The notes: a model not told the origin generated them from the sequence alone. Positions 1 to 9,446 are shown, counted from the stretch's first letter. The stretch: DNA of 64,000 nucleotides from an uncultured Acidobacteriota bacterium (GCA_963806495.1 CAWDYA010000011.1:435801-499800); one strand, 5' to 3'. Made by a program: numbers and translations.

Positions 1-1
1 A

Positions 2-2890
2 TCGACTCCCTCCTCCGCCGCTGGTCTGACCTTCGAGCAGCGTGTCGAGGCGCAACGCGCCATCGAGCGAGTCTATTACTCACACCGGATCGGCGCGCAC
101 CGCTCCTTCGCCGAGGCGGTCCCGCGCCGGCTGCTCGAAAAGAAGGTCCGGACCTATCTGAGAGAATCCGCTGCACTGGATCGGATCTGGAGCTCGCCGA
201 TCACGGCCGAGGCGCTGCGTCGCGAGATGGCGCGGATCGAGGCCGGCACCCGGATGCCGGAACGGCTGACGGAGCTGTACGCCGCGCTGGGCAACGATGC
301 CTTCCTCATCCAGGAGACGCTCGTCCGAGCATCGCTCGCCGACCGTCTCACGAGGAGCTTCCTCGCCGGCTCGAACGAGGCCGCTTGGGAGAGGGCCTCC
401 CGATCGCTGGATGACCTGCCTGTCCCGGCCGTCGCCACCCCGGCGCACCCGTACGCCGCGCCTAGGCCCGGCGCCGCGGCACAGGAGTGCGTGCGGGACG
501 ACACCTGGGACAACGGGATCCTCGACGCCTACCCGGCGGCCAGGGTGGTCCCGGGAGTCTGGACCGGCACGGAGCTGTTCCTGTGGGGAGGGTCCGGCGC
601 GTCGGGCGCGCTCGGCGACGGGAGCCGCTACGATGCGGACCTCGACACCTGGCGCCGGGTCTCGAGTGTCGACGCCCCCGCGGCGCGCGAGGGTCATACG
701 ATCGTCTGGACGGGATCCGTGGCGATCGTGTGGGGCGGGAGCGCGAACACGGGCGGCCGATACGACCCGGCCACGGACAGCTGGGCCCCCACGACCACGA
801 CGGATGCCCCGTCGCCCCGCTCCGGCCACACCGCGATCTGGACGGGTGACGAGATGATCGTCTGGGGATACGACAGCGGCGGCCGGTACGACCCGGTGAG
901 CGACAGCTGGCGCGCGGTCGCCCCGGCTCCCCTGCCGGGCTCACGCATCCTCCACACGGCGGTCTGGACCGGCTCGGAGATGATCGTCTGGGGCGGGATC
1001 GCCAGCGACGGCTCGCAGGCGGTGTACGGCGACGGAGCCCGGTACGATCCTCTCACCGACACGTGGCTCCCCGTGGGATCCACCGGCGCGCCCTCGGCGC
1101 GATACGCGCACACCTCCGTCTGGACCGGAACCGAGATGATTGTCTGGGGAGGCAGCCGGGGCGCATTCGGCGGACTGAACGACGGCGCGCGATACGACCC
1201 GGCAAGCGACGCCTGGACGGCCGTGACCACGCTTGGCGCCCCCGACCCGAGACAGGATCATACCGCCGTCTGGACCGGCGCCAGGATGATCGTCTGGGGC
1301 GGAGTCAACCTCCCCTGCTGCGACCGCAGCGAGCCGCGCGACTCGGGCGGCCTCTACGATCCGGACACCGACTCGTGGACACCCACCTCCTCGACGGGAG
1401 CGCCCTACCCGCGCGATCATCACATCGCCGTCTGGACGGGCGACCGGATGGTCGTCTGGGGCGGGGAGCTGACGGTCGTCAGCGTCCTCAACGGGACGAC
1501 AAGAACCCCGCTGGCGACCGGAGCGCGGTACGACCCGGTCACCGATACGTGGACGCCCACGTCGACCTTGAATGCGCCGCCGGGCGGCGCTGGCCACACC
1601 ACTATCTGGACCGGCAGCCTGATGATCGACTGGGGCGGTGCGCAGCGATCCAACGCAAGCATCGGCCCGGGCGGCCGGTACGATCCCGCGCTGGACCTGT
1701 GGACCCCGACCTCGAGCCTCGGCGCCCCGTCGTCACGGACCCGCCACACGGCCGTATGGACCGGTGACGAGATGATCGTCTGGGGCGGGGCCCAATTCGA
1801 CTACCTGGGAGACGGCCGGCGCTACGACCCCGTGGCCGACACCTGGGCTCCGATCACGGACGCCGGAGCGCCGACACCGCGCGCCGGTCACACCGCAATC
1901 TGGACCGGGAGCCGGATGATCGTCTGGGGCGGCGCAGACGCGTCCGGCCGAACCGACACCGGAGGCCTGTACGATCCGATGACGGACACATGGGCGCCGA
2001 TGTCCGCGCTCGGCGCGCCGCAGGCGAGAGCCGATCACGAGACCGTGTGGACCGGCACAGAGATGCTCGTCTGGGGCGGCCGCACCGGCTACACCACGCT
2101 CGCCTCCACGGGAGGCCGGTACGATCCGGGCTCCGACACCTGGACGCCGATCTCCACCGTCGACGCACCCTCGGCACGATACGGCCACACCGCCATCTGG
2201 ACGGACACCGGGATGGCGGTCTGGGGGGGCCGGACGGCAACGGGCGTCACCGGCAGCGGAGCTTTGTACGATCCGGTCGCCGATTCCTGGACCGCGATCT
2301 CCATGGTGGACGCCCCTTCGGTGCGGGAGAGCCACAGTGCCGTCTGGACGGGCAAGGTGATGGTCGTCTGGGGCGGCTCGGGTCAGCGCACGGGAGGGCG
2401 CTACGATCCTGTCGCGGAGTCCTGGACTCCGACGTCGTTGATCGGCGCTCCCTCCGAGCGAAGCGGCCACAATGCTGTCTGGACGGGAACCCAGATGCTG
2501 ATCTGGGGAGGGGTCGAGTACAGCGGCGGCCGCTACGGCCTCGATCAATCACCCGACGAGGACGGCGACGGATTCACGACCTGCCAGGGCGACTGTGACG
2601 ACACGGACCCCGCGGTCAATCCTCTCGCGGTGGACCTGCCCGGCGATCGGATCGATCAGAACTGCGACGGTGTGCCGATATGCGACCCGGACGCCGCCTG
2701 GAAGAACCGCGGGCGGTTCGTCTCCTGCGTCGCGCGGGAGTGCCACAGGCTGGTCGAGGGCGGCCTGCTCGGCCCCGGAGAGTGTTCCTCACTCGTGTCG
2801 AAGGCCGCCCGCGGGGTGAATCAGAAGGGTCGTCCGATGAACAGAAACAACGACCCGTGGCCGCCCTCCGCGAGCCCGCCGCCGATGTAG
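2..2890 (+). CDS. Kelch-type beta-propeller repeat protein (5' end off-window) with C-terminal Cys/Asp-rich MopE-like putative metal-binding motif
   Basis: The frame is open from nt 2 (no stop before the first ATG at 227), so the gene is cut by the window edge. 13 tandem ~50-aa units match RYDPxxDxWxP...AP..R..HTAVWTGxEMIVWGG. Tail DEDGDGFTTCQGDCDDTDPAVNP...DQNCDG. The last ~23 codons overlap the convergent gene 2821-5061 and may not be genuine. Confidence 0.85.
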   Translation, partial: STPSSAAGLTFEQRVEAQRAIERVYYSHRIGAHRSFAEAVPRRLLEKKVRTYLRESAALDRIWSSPITAEALRREMARIEAGTRMPERLTELYAALGNDAFLIQETLVRASLADRLTRSFLAGSNEAAWERASRSLDDLPVPAVATPAHPYAAPRPGAAAQECVRDDTWDNGILDAYPAARVVPGVWTGTELFLWGGSGASGALGDGSRYDADLDTWRRVSSVDAPAAREGHTIVWTGSVAIVWGGSANTGGRYDPATDSWAPTTTTDAPSPRSGHTAIWTGDEMIVWGYDSGGRYDPVSDSWRAVAPAPLPGSRILHTAVWTGSEMIVWGGIASDGSQAVYGDGARYDPLTDTWLPVGSTGAPSARYAHTSVWTGTEMIVWGGSRGAFGGLNDGARYDPASDAWTAVTTLGAPDPRQDHTAVWTGARMIVWGGVNLPCCDRSEPRDSGGLYDPDTDSWTPTSSTGAPYPRDHHIAVWTGDRMVVWGGELTVVSVLNGTTRTPLATGARYDPVTDTWTPTSTLNAPPGGAGHTTIWTGSLMIDWGGAQRSNASIGPGGRYDPALDLWTPTSSLGAPSSRTRHTAVWTGDEMIVWGGAQFDYLGDGRRYDPVADTWAPITDAGAPTPRAGHTAIWTGSRMIVWGGADASGRTDTGGLYDPMTDTWAPMSALGAPQARADHETVWTGTEMLVWGGRTGYTTLASTGGRYDPGSDTWTPISTVDAPSARYGHTAIWTDTGMAVWGGRTATGVTGSGALYDPVADSWTAISMVDAPSVRESHSAVWTGKVMVVWGGSGQRTGGRYDPVAESWTPTSLIGAPSERSGHNAVWTGTQMLIWGGVEYSGGRYGLDQSPDEDGDGFTTCQGDCDDTDPAVNPLAVDLPGDRIDQNCDGVPICDPDAAWKNRGRFVSCVARECHRLVEGGLLGPGECSSLVSKAARGVNQKGRPMNRNNDPWPPSASPPPM
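560..2540 (+). repeat. Degenerate tandem coding repeat, ~150-bp period (Kelch blades)
   Basis: Recurring strings tacgacccg...gacacctgg...gtctggaccgg...gatgatcgtctggggcgg at roughly 150-nt spacing throughout the CDS. Confidence 0.7.
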
Positions 2891-5061
2891 ATAGGCAGGA
2901 ACTTCGTGTCGAGGCCGAAGAACAGCGAGCCTCCGTAGTTCAGGTCGCCCCAGCTTGCGTCCGACACGCTGTCCCAGGTGTTCCCCGCCTCGACACTGAC
3001 CCCGATGTAACGCCGCGCGAAGCTCGCGAGGCTTCCGATTCTCCAGTAGTTCACCAGAGTCGCCAGCCCCACCACGTCGCCCTGCAGTTTCCCCCGACGC
3101 AGGCCCGAGAGCCTCAGGAACCCACCGAGACGGTACTCGTCGTAGATCGGCACATCGGAGCCCAGGTCGGTGCCGAGCTGGAGCGCCCCCACGACGGTGC
3201 CGCGCCACGCGGTCCAGGCCTGGACGGTGCGGAAATCCGCGGTCTCGTACTCGTCATCGGCCCCCAGGCCCTCTCGCGAGAAGAACATCCGAAGCTCGCT
3301 GTAGTTTCCGTGGGTGGGGAAGAAGACGCTGTCTATCTGATCCAGCGTCGCCTTGAAGCGCATCCCCCCGATGGATCGGTCCAATGGGCCGAAGGTCGTC
3401 TCGGTAACCGGGCCGACGTCCAGATGTCCGCGCAGGACACCGGCTCGCACCTCCCCGTAGTTGCCGAGCTGGATCCCCATATCGAGCCCGACCTGTCTTT
3501 CCCGCGTCCTGACCACCTCGAGATCGCCGTTGTCGAGGTAGGTCGCATCGGTCTTCCAGATCATGCCTGCGCGCGGGGCGACGAACCAGAACCCCGAGTA
3601 GCCGAGGGGCTGGTAGAACTCCGCGTTGAAGCCCGATTCGTCACCGGCGAGGACGAAGCTCTTCAGCTCGGCGTTGAGCCGGTTCAGCTTCGGTCGCCGG
3701 TACTCGACGAGCGCCCTGAAGGACGAGTCCCCCTGGAAGTCGCTCTCGGCGCTGAGACCGACGGAGGCGTAGCCGGGCCCCCATGACTTCTCCCGCGCGG
3801 CGATCACCAGATCGTTGCGCCCCTCCCGGGGGATCACGCTGAAATTGACGGCCTCGTACTCGCCGGACTGGGAGATCCTGATCAGGTCCCTGTACAAAAC
3901 GGCCGGATCGATCGGTTCGCCCGCTTTCGTCCGGATCCTGCTGGCGAGTCGCGGCGATTGTCGTACCGAGCCGTCGCGCGCCTGCACCTGCACCTCGATC
4001 TCGTCCACCCTGGTCTGCGGGATAATCCCGCCTTCTCCGCCGCGACGCTGTCGTTGGAGATACGCCTGGAACTCCGGCTCGGAAACGGCGAAGGCGCGAA
4101 GCTCCGCCTCGTGCTGGCGCGCCGCCTTGACCCCGATCTCGATCGCCTCGTCGATCTTGGCGAAGTCCTTGACCGTCACTCCGGAGAGATCCGGCGTGAT
4201 GAGAAGGCTACCCGGCGGGATGTGGCCTCGCTGCTCCACCACGCTCTGCTCGGACAGCACGCTGAGCACCTGCGACAGGACGCCCAGCGTCCCGAGGTCC
4301 GAAACATCGGACCTGGGCGGCGTGCCGACGTCGATCACGATGACCCTGTCGGCACACATGTCGAAGGCCACGTCGACGGGCAGGTTCATCGAGATGCCTC
4401 CATCGACGAGAACGCGCCCATCCAGTCTCATGGGCGTGAACACCCCGGGGATAGACATGCTGGCCCGCATGGCGTCGGCGAGGTTCCCGTGATCGAGAAT
4501 GACGGGCTCGCCGGTCGCGAGGTCCGCCGCCACCGCCCGGAACGGGATCCGGAGCTGGTCGAAGTCCCGCGTACCGGCCGTGTTGAGGGTGAGACTCTGA
4601 AGGACGAAATCGATCTTGCCCCCACCGAGGATTCCGGCCTTGCCCGAGATCCCGTTACGGCCCACGCCCAGCTCGAACGGCAGGAGATCCAGGTTGTCGT
4701 CCTCCTTGCGCCGGAACGCGACCTGCTTGCGTTTCAACCTCGCGCTCAGCAGATCCTCCCAGTCGATCCTGTCCATCGCCGCGCGCATCTGCGCAGGCGA
4801 CATGCCGGCGCTGTAGAGGCCCCCCACGATGGCGCCCATGCTCGTCCCGGCGACGCAGTCCACCGGTATCTTCAACTCCTCCATCACCTCGAGAACGCCG
4901 ATGTGCGCGGCGCCACGCGCCCCCCCTCCCGCCAGCGCCAGGCCGATACGAGGTCTGTGGGGAGGAGCCGGTCGCTCGGGTTCCTCCCGCGCCCCGGCGG
5001 AGGAGCAGACAAGCACGAGGGCTGCGACCACGGCAGCGAACCTGAGTGTTCTCCCGGTCAT
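2821..5061 (-). CDS. Patatin-like phospholipase fused to POTRA/Omp85-type beta-barrel (PlpD-like, type Vd autotransporter architecture)
   Basis: Signal peptide MTGRTLRFAAVVAALVLVCSSAGA. Patatin motifs GGGARG and GTSMG (GxSxG). Long C-terminal Omp85/surface-antigen-like region ending FLFIGRPF. Confidence 0.85.
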   Translation of the reverse strand: MTGRTLRFAAVVAALVLVCSSAGAREEPERPAPPHRPRIGLALAGGGARGAAHIGVLEVMEELKIPVDCVAGTSMGAIVGGLYSAGMSPAQMRAAMDRIDWEDLLSARLKRKQVAFRRKEDDNLDLLPFELGVGRNGISGKAGILGGGKIDFVLQSLTLNTAGTRDFDQLRIPFRAVAADLATGEPVILDHGNLADAMRASMSIPGVFTPMRLDGRVLVDGGISMNLPVDVAFDMCADRVIVIDVGTPPRSDVSDLGTLGVLSQVLSVLSEQSVVEQRGHIPPGSLLITPDLSGVTVKDFAKIDEAIEIGVKAARQHEAELRAFAVSEPEFQAYLQRQRRGGEGGIIPQTRVDEIEVQVQARDGSVRQSPRLASRIRTKAGEPIDPAVLYRDLIRISQSGEYEAVNFSVIPREGRNDLVIAAREKSWGPGYASVGLSAESDFQGDSSFRALVEYRRPKLNRLNAELKSFVLAGDESGFNAEFYQPLGYSGFWFVAPRAGMIWKTDATYLDNGDLEVVRTRERQVGLDMGIQLGNYGEVRAGVLRGHLDVGPVTETTFGPLDRSIGGMRFKATLDQIDSVFFPTHGNYSELRMFFSREGLGADDEYETADFRTVQAWTAWRGTVVGALQLGTDLGSDVPIYDEYRLGGFLRLSGLRRGKLQGDVVGLATLVNYWRIGSLASFARRYIGVSVEAGNTWDSVSDASWGDLNYGGSLFFGLDTKFLPIYIGGGLAEGGHGSLFLFIGRPF

Positions 5062-5238
5062 CGACCGACCTCCTGGTGCGTCTTTGTGCGCGGGGCTTCC
5101 GGGTCCGGCGGCGTTGCCGGCTCGATCATCGTGCCATCCGACCGGCGAAAGTCAGGGTATGATATCAGTCGAGCGTGTCACGGTTGCCGGCGGATGCCCG
5201 CCCGCTACGCCCATTACGACTCTCGCACGAAAGGTTCC

Positions 5239-5766
5239 ATGTCCGGCCAGCCTTCTGAACCTCTTGAGGATTTCGAGCAGATTCGCCGTTATATAAAGGG
5301 CGCCGTGATCCGCGCCTGTCCGGGCTGGAGCCCGGACGACGTGGAGGAGGTGACCCACCACGCGCTTCTGCGTCTGATGAAGCTGTCGCGAAAGGATCGG
5401 GCCGAAGGAGGCTTCACCAGGCCGTATCTATGCCGGGTGGCCTACACGCACATCGTCGACGAGATCCGCCGGCGACGAGCCGTCATCCCGCTGGAGCTTC
5501 ACGAGAACGCGCGTGGCGAGCTGCCGTCGCCTGATACGGATCCGGAAGGAGATTGCAGCCTGAGCGAGCTGAGGAAGGCCATCTGGGAGTGCATCCAGCG
5601 GCTGAACCGCAACCGGCAGCACGCGGTCACCCTCATGCTCTTCGGATACAGGAACAGCGAGATCGCCCGGCTCGCGGGATGGGGCGCGAAGCAGGCCGAG
5701 AACCACGTGACGCGCGGTCGGGCCGACCTGAGGGCCTGTCTGGGCACGAAAGGATACCGAGGCTGA
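5239..5766 (+). CDS. ECF-type RNA polymerase sigma-70 family factor
   Basis: C-terminal 175 codons of the 3958-5766 ORF, starting at ATG 5239. Region 2-like segment HHALLRLMKL...YLCRVAYTHIVDEIRRRR and region 4 HTH-like NRQHAVTLMLFGYRNSEIARLAGWGAKQAENHVTRGRADL. The upstream part of that ORF is antisense to the patatin gene. Confidence 0.85.
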   Translation: MSGQPSEPLEDFEQIRRYIKGAVIRACPGWSPDDVEEVTHHALLRLMKLSRKDRAEGGFTRPYLCRVAYTHIVDEIRRRRAVIPLELHENARGELPSPDTDPEGDCSLSELRKAIWECIQRLNRNRQHAVTLMLFGYRNSEIARLAGWGAKQAENHVTRGRADLRACLGTKGYRG

Positions 5767-6467
5767 TGTCCGTGGAAAGGGACGAAGAGCTCGAGCGGCT
5801 CCGGAGAGCCTTCCTGGAGGGGTCGCGGCAGACGCCGCCTGGGGCCGCGGGTCCCTCCGCCGACAGGATCTGGGAGGCCGCCGCGGGGCGACTGCCTCCC
5901 GAGGAGCTGCGGCGGGTCCTCGACGAGGTCATCGCCGACCCCGCCTCGGCCGAGTCCTGGGCGATCGCCCGGCGTCTCGTCGCGGAGTGCGAGGAAGTCG
6001 ATCACGCCGAGCCTCGCCCGGCCTCCCGTCCCGCAGGCTCGTGGCGGATGGTCTGGCGCGCCGCCGCGGTCGTCATCCTCGCCGCCGGCCTCGCCGCGGC
6101 CTGGCTCGTCCTGCGCGCGCCGGGCAGGCCGGTGTATCGGGGCGGCGAGAGCGGCATCGAGTCTCTCCTGCCGGCCGATGCGAGCCTTCCCAGGGACGCC
6201 GCGGTCCTGCGCTGGGAGCCGGCGGCGGGCGCGCGACGTTACAACCTGCGCCTGTTCGACACGGAGTACCGCATCCTCCTCGTGGAGGATGGGTTGACCT
6301 CCCCGGTGTTCACCATCCCCACGGACGTCCTGGGCGGCATCCCGGATGGCGGAGAGGTCCTCTGGCAGGTCGAGGCCGTCCTCCCCGACGGCTCGAGCGT
6401 GCTCTCGGAGACCTTCAGGGCGAGGATCGCGGGGCCGGGAGGGAGGGCGGCGCCTGAGGGAAACTGA
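5766..6467 (+). CDS. Putative single-pass anti-sigma factor
   Basis: The ATG overlaps the sigma-factor stop (TGATG). Helical N-terminal domain, one TM segment (MVWRAAAVVILAAGLAAAWLVL), then a ~110-aa extracytoplasmic domain. Call rests on position directly after the ECF sigma gene. Confidence 0.6.
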   Translation: MSVERDEELERLRRAFLEGSRQTPPGAAGPSADRIWEAAAGRLPPEELRRVLDEVIADPASAESWAIARRLVAECEEVDHAEPRPASRPAGSWRMVWRAAAVVILAAGLAAAWLVLRAPGRPVYRGGESGIESLLPADASLPRDAAVLRWEPAAGARRYNLRLFDTEYRILLVEDGLTSPVFTIPTDVLGGIPDGGEVLWQVEAVLPDGSSVLSETFRARIAGPGGRAAPEGN

Positions 6468-6514
6468 CGTCACCGCCGTTATTAGTGGGGTAGCCTAATG
6501 AAAGGGGGTATCCG

Positions 6515-6838
6515 GTGACACGACCGCAGTCAGTCCAGCAACTGGACACGAACGATTACGAAGCGCCTGTCGAGCAGGACGGGAACAACAAGCAGGTCCA
6601 TTCATCGATCTCCGCGGTGGGAGAGCACGGTCGAAACATCTACGTCTATCTGTTCGGCGGCGACTCGCTCGAGTTCAGCAGCCTGTCTGCCGGCGAGGCC
6701 GGCACGTCCTACATGCGCGTCGAGGTCGACATGCAGGGGCATCGGCACTGGAACGTCCACCTCGCCGCCGGCGACAGTCTCGGCACCGGGCGGCTGCTCC
6801 CGCCTCCGCCGCCTCCGCCTCCTGGTGGAGGAGGCTAG
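6515..6838 (+). CDS. Small hypothetical protein (107 aa) with C-terminal P8-G4 tail
   Basis: GTG start 6 nt after an AAAGGGGG Shine-Dalgarno-like string. Visibly lower GC than its neighbours. No signal peptide. Ends ...LLPPPPPPPPGGGG. Confidence 0.5.
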   Translation: MTRPQSVQQLDTNDYEAPVEQDGNNKQVHSSISAVGEHGRNIYVYLFGGDSLEFSSLSAGEAGTSYMRVEVDMQGHRHWNVHLAAGDSLGTGRLLPPPPPPPPGGGG

Positions 6839-6886
6839 GTCGCGCCCGGCGTCACCGTCAGCCCGGCCCGGCTCGAGCCGTCAAGG

Positions 6887-9325
6887 ATGATGCCGCCGGC
6901 GACGTCGCGTGATTGTATCCACCGGGTTGCGTGGAGTGTGGTGGTCTGTCTGATGTTCGCAGTGGCGGCGGCATCGGGCGAGCCGCCCGCTCCCGCTTCC
7001 CCGTCGTCCCTCTCCGCCCGGCTCGAGCAGGCCGTCACCATCGTCACGAGCGGGCGGAACCTCTTCGAGGCGTATCGCATCCTGCACAGGATCGACCCGG
7101 ATGCGCTCGAGCGCGAGTCGCCCGGATGGCTGTCACGGTACTGGTGGGCGGTCGGCCGGATCACGTACGAGCTCGGCCGCTACGACGAGCTGGACACCGC
7201 CGCCGAACGCATGCTGAGCCAGCCGGACACACCGCCCGACAGCCCGGCCGCCTTGCAGGCACTCTACTACCGAGCCTCGGGAGCCCTCGCCGATCCGCAC
7301 CGGTTCGCTCCGAAGGATCGGGCGATCGCCGACATGAAGACGATCGTGGCCCGCGCGGGTCCGGACAGCCAGCTTCTCAAGCTCCTCGCGTTGCTCGCGC
7401 TCGGAAAGCTGGTCACGGCCGACGGACCGGCGCTGGTCTATCTGGACCAGGCCCGCCGCATGGCGATCGGCCTGGGGAGGGACGACTATCTGTTTTACAT
7501 CAGGGCCGAGCTCGCACGCCGCCGCGCGCGGACCGACCCGCAGGCCGGCTACGCGCTCCTGCAGTCGGCGCTGCATGACTGGCAGGAGGCCGGCGAGCCC
7601 TGGTCGATCTACGGCTGGGAGGCGCGGCTGGAAGTGGTGTGGGCTGCACGGCCGCCCGAGGAGGCGATGAGGTACTCCCTGGAGCTCCTCGACAGGATCG
7701 AGTCGATGCGCCGCGAGCAGGAGGAGCGCGGAGCGGGGAGCATGGGTTTCTTCTCGGTCTGGGTCCGGGCTTACCGGCGTGTCATCGGTCTTCTCCTGCG
7801 CGAGAGCAAGGGATCCCCGGACACCCTGGCGCTCGCCTTCCGCCTCTCGGAGAGGATGCGCGCCCGCCTGCTGGTCGAGGACCTGCGAGACGGGACCGGG
7901 GTCGACCCGGCGTGCGCCAGCCCCGAAGCGGAACGAAAGCTCCTCGAGCTGCGCCATCGAATCTCCGGCCGGCAGAAGGCCCTCCTGAGCGACCCGTCCG
8001 TGGACCGCGAGACGGTCGGCCGGGAGATCGAGAATCTCATGCTCGACGAGGAGTCGATCCATCGCGAGATCCGTTGTGACACCGGCCCCGTAAAGTTCGT
8101 GGAGCTTCCCGACCTGGAGCGGATGCTGTCTCCCTCCGAAGCGCTTCTCGTCTTCCAGACCGGCAGCCGGACGGACCACTACGGCGCGTACGACGGCGGC
8201 TCATGGGTGTTCGTCGTGACCTCCGATAGCGCCATCGTGCTGCCGCTCCCGGAGGATCGGACGATCCGCCTGAAACGCGACGCGCTGGTCGGCTCGCTTC
8301 GCCGTCGGGACGGCACGGACGCCCCGGCCGCCGTCGCACTGTACGACGATCTGTTCCGCGGCATCATGTCGGCGCTGCCCCCGTCGGTCGAGCACCTGAT
8401 CGTCGTCCCCCAAGGCGCAATACACGGCCTGCCTTTCGCGGCCCTGCGGCCGGACCCGTCAGCCCCCCCGCTGATCGACCGGTTCCGGTTCAGCTACGTC
8501 CCGTCGGCCACGATCTGGGCCGAGCTGACCCGGGTCGGGAGACCGGCGCGACGATCCGAGGTGATGGCCTTCGCGGACCCGGCCCTGGGCGCCGCGGAAC
8601 GGGCCGGCCGGCGCTCCCTGGGGATCCCCGAGCTGGGCGCGCTGCCCTGGGCGCGCAGGGAGTCGAGCCGGCTGATACGAAGCTATCGCGGCCTCGGCTG
8701 GCTTTTCGAGGGCTCCGCAGCGAGCGAGGCGGCCCTGAAACGGGCCGACCCTGAAAACGTCGGGCTCCTGCTCTTCGCCGCCCACGCGGTCGTGGACGAG
8801 CGGTCGCCGCGGCGCTCGGCCATCGTGCTCGCCCCGGGTGGGGATGACGAGGACGGGCTGCTGCAGCCTCCCGAGATTGCCGAGCTGCCGCTTGAAGGGT
8901 CGATCGTCGCTCTCTCGGGTTGTCAGAGCGCCACGGGCATGGCGATCGAGGGTGAGGGCCTGCTGAGCCTCGCCCGCTCGTTCTTTTCGGCCGGGTCCAC
9001 GGCGGTTGTGGGAAACCTGTGGCCGGCGCGTGACGACGAGGCCGGGAGGCTGTTCGGCGAGGTGTACGAGAACCTGGCCGACGGCGAGCCCCTCGCCGCC
9101 GCGGTCGGGCACGCCCAGCGGACGTTCGTCCGCGCGGGCGCCCCCACCGAAGCCTGGGCGGGGATCGTGGTTCTGGGAGACGGGAGGGTCCGTCTGCCGC
9201 GCGCCCCGGGCCCCGCAGGAGGCGCCGGAAGCCCGATGGTATGGCTGCCGATCCTCGCGGCCGGCGGGTTCGGCTACTTCGTGTTCAGGGCGGCCCGCGC
9301 CCGCGACGAGAGACGCGGAGGATAG
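6887..9325 (+). CDS. CHAT-domain (caspase-like) protein with TPR-like N-terminal region, N-terminal signal/anchor and C-terminal TM helix
   Basis: Hydrophobic N-terminus VAWSVVVCLMFAVAAASG. CHAT signature with His (LLLFAAHAVVD) and Cys (IVALSGCQSATG) dyad. C-terminal TM MVWLPILAAGGFGYFVF followed by a basic tail. Confidence 0.85.
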   Translation: MMPPATSRDCIHRVAWSVVVCLMFAVAAASGEPPAPASPSSLSARLEQAVTIVTSGRNLFEAYRILHRIDPDALERESPGWLSRYWWAVGRITYELGRYDELDTAAERMLSQPDTPPDSPAALQALYYRASGALADPHRFAPKDRAIADMKTIVARAGPDSQLLKLLALLALGKLVTADGPALVYLDQARRMAIGLGRDDYLFYIRAELARRRARTDPQAGYALLQSALHDWQEAGEPWSIYGWEARLEVVWAARPPEEAMRYSLELLDRIESMRREQEERGAGSMGFFSVWVRAYRRVIGLLLRESKGSPDTLALAFRLSERMRARLLVEDLRDGTGVDPACASPEAERKLLELRHRISGRQKALLSDPSVDRETVGREIENLMLDEESIHREIRCDTGPVKFVELPDLERMLSPSEALLVFQTGSRTDHYGAYDGGSWVFVVTSDSAIVLPLPEDRTIRLKRDALVGSLRRRDGTDAPAAVALYDDLFRGIMSALPPSVEHLIVVPQGAIHGLPFAALRPDPSAPPLIDRFRFSYVPSATIWAELTRVGRPARRSEVMAFADPALGAAERAGRRSLGIPELGALPWARRESSRLIRSYRGLGWLFEGSAASEAALKRADPENVGLLLFAAHAVVDERSPRRSAIVLAPGGDDEDGLLQPPEIAELPLEGSIVALSGCQSATGMAIEGEGLLSLARSFFSAGSTAVVGNLWPARDDEAGRLFGEVYENLADGEPLAAAVGHAQRTFVRAGAPTEAWAGIVVLGDGRVRLPRAPGPAGGAGSPMVWLPILAAGGFGYFVFRAARARDERRGG

Positions 9326-9446
9326 GGCCGACTCTCCGCAGCCCGTGGGCTGCGACATCGAGGACAAGCGCCCTCGCGCCGCCCTGCCCATGCGGAGAGT
9401 CGACCCTAACCACCACGTCCCGTCAATCGCTTGTGTCAGACGAGAT

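Noticed and set aside
3958-5238. Upstream 427 codons of the 602-aa plus-strand ORF 3958-5766
   Set aside because: Antisense to the well-supported patatin/Omp85 gene, with Arg/Pro/Gly-rich low-complexity translation. Only the last 175 codons (from ATG 5239) look like a real ECF sigma factor.
6799-6835. CCG/CCT/GGN short tandem repeat as a possible simple-sequence or CRISPR-like repeat
   Set aside because: It is simply the codons for the P8-G4 tail of the small ORF. There is no spacer-repeat organisation anywhere in the window.
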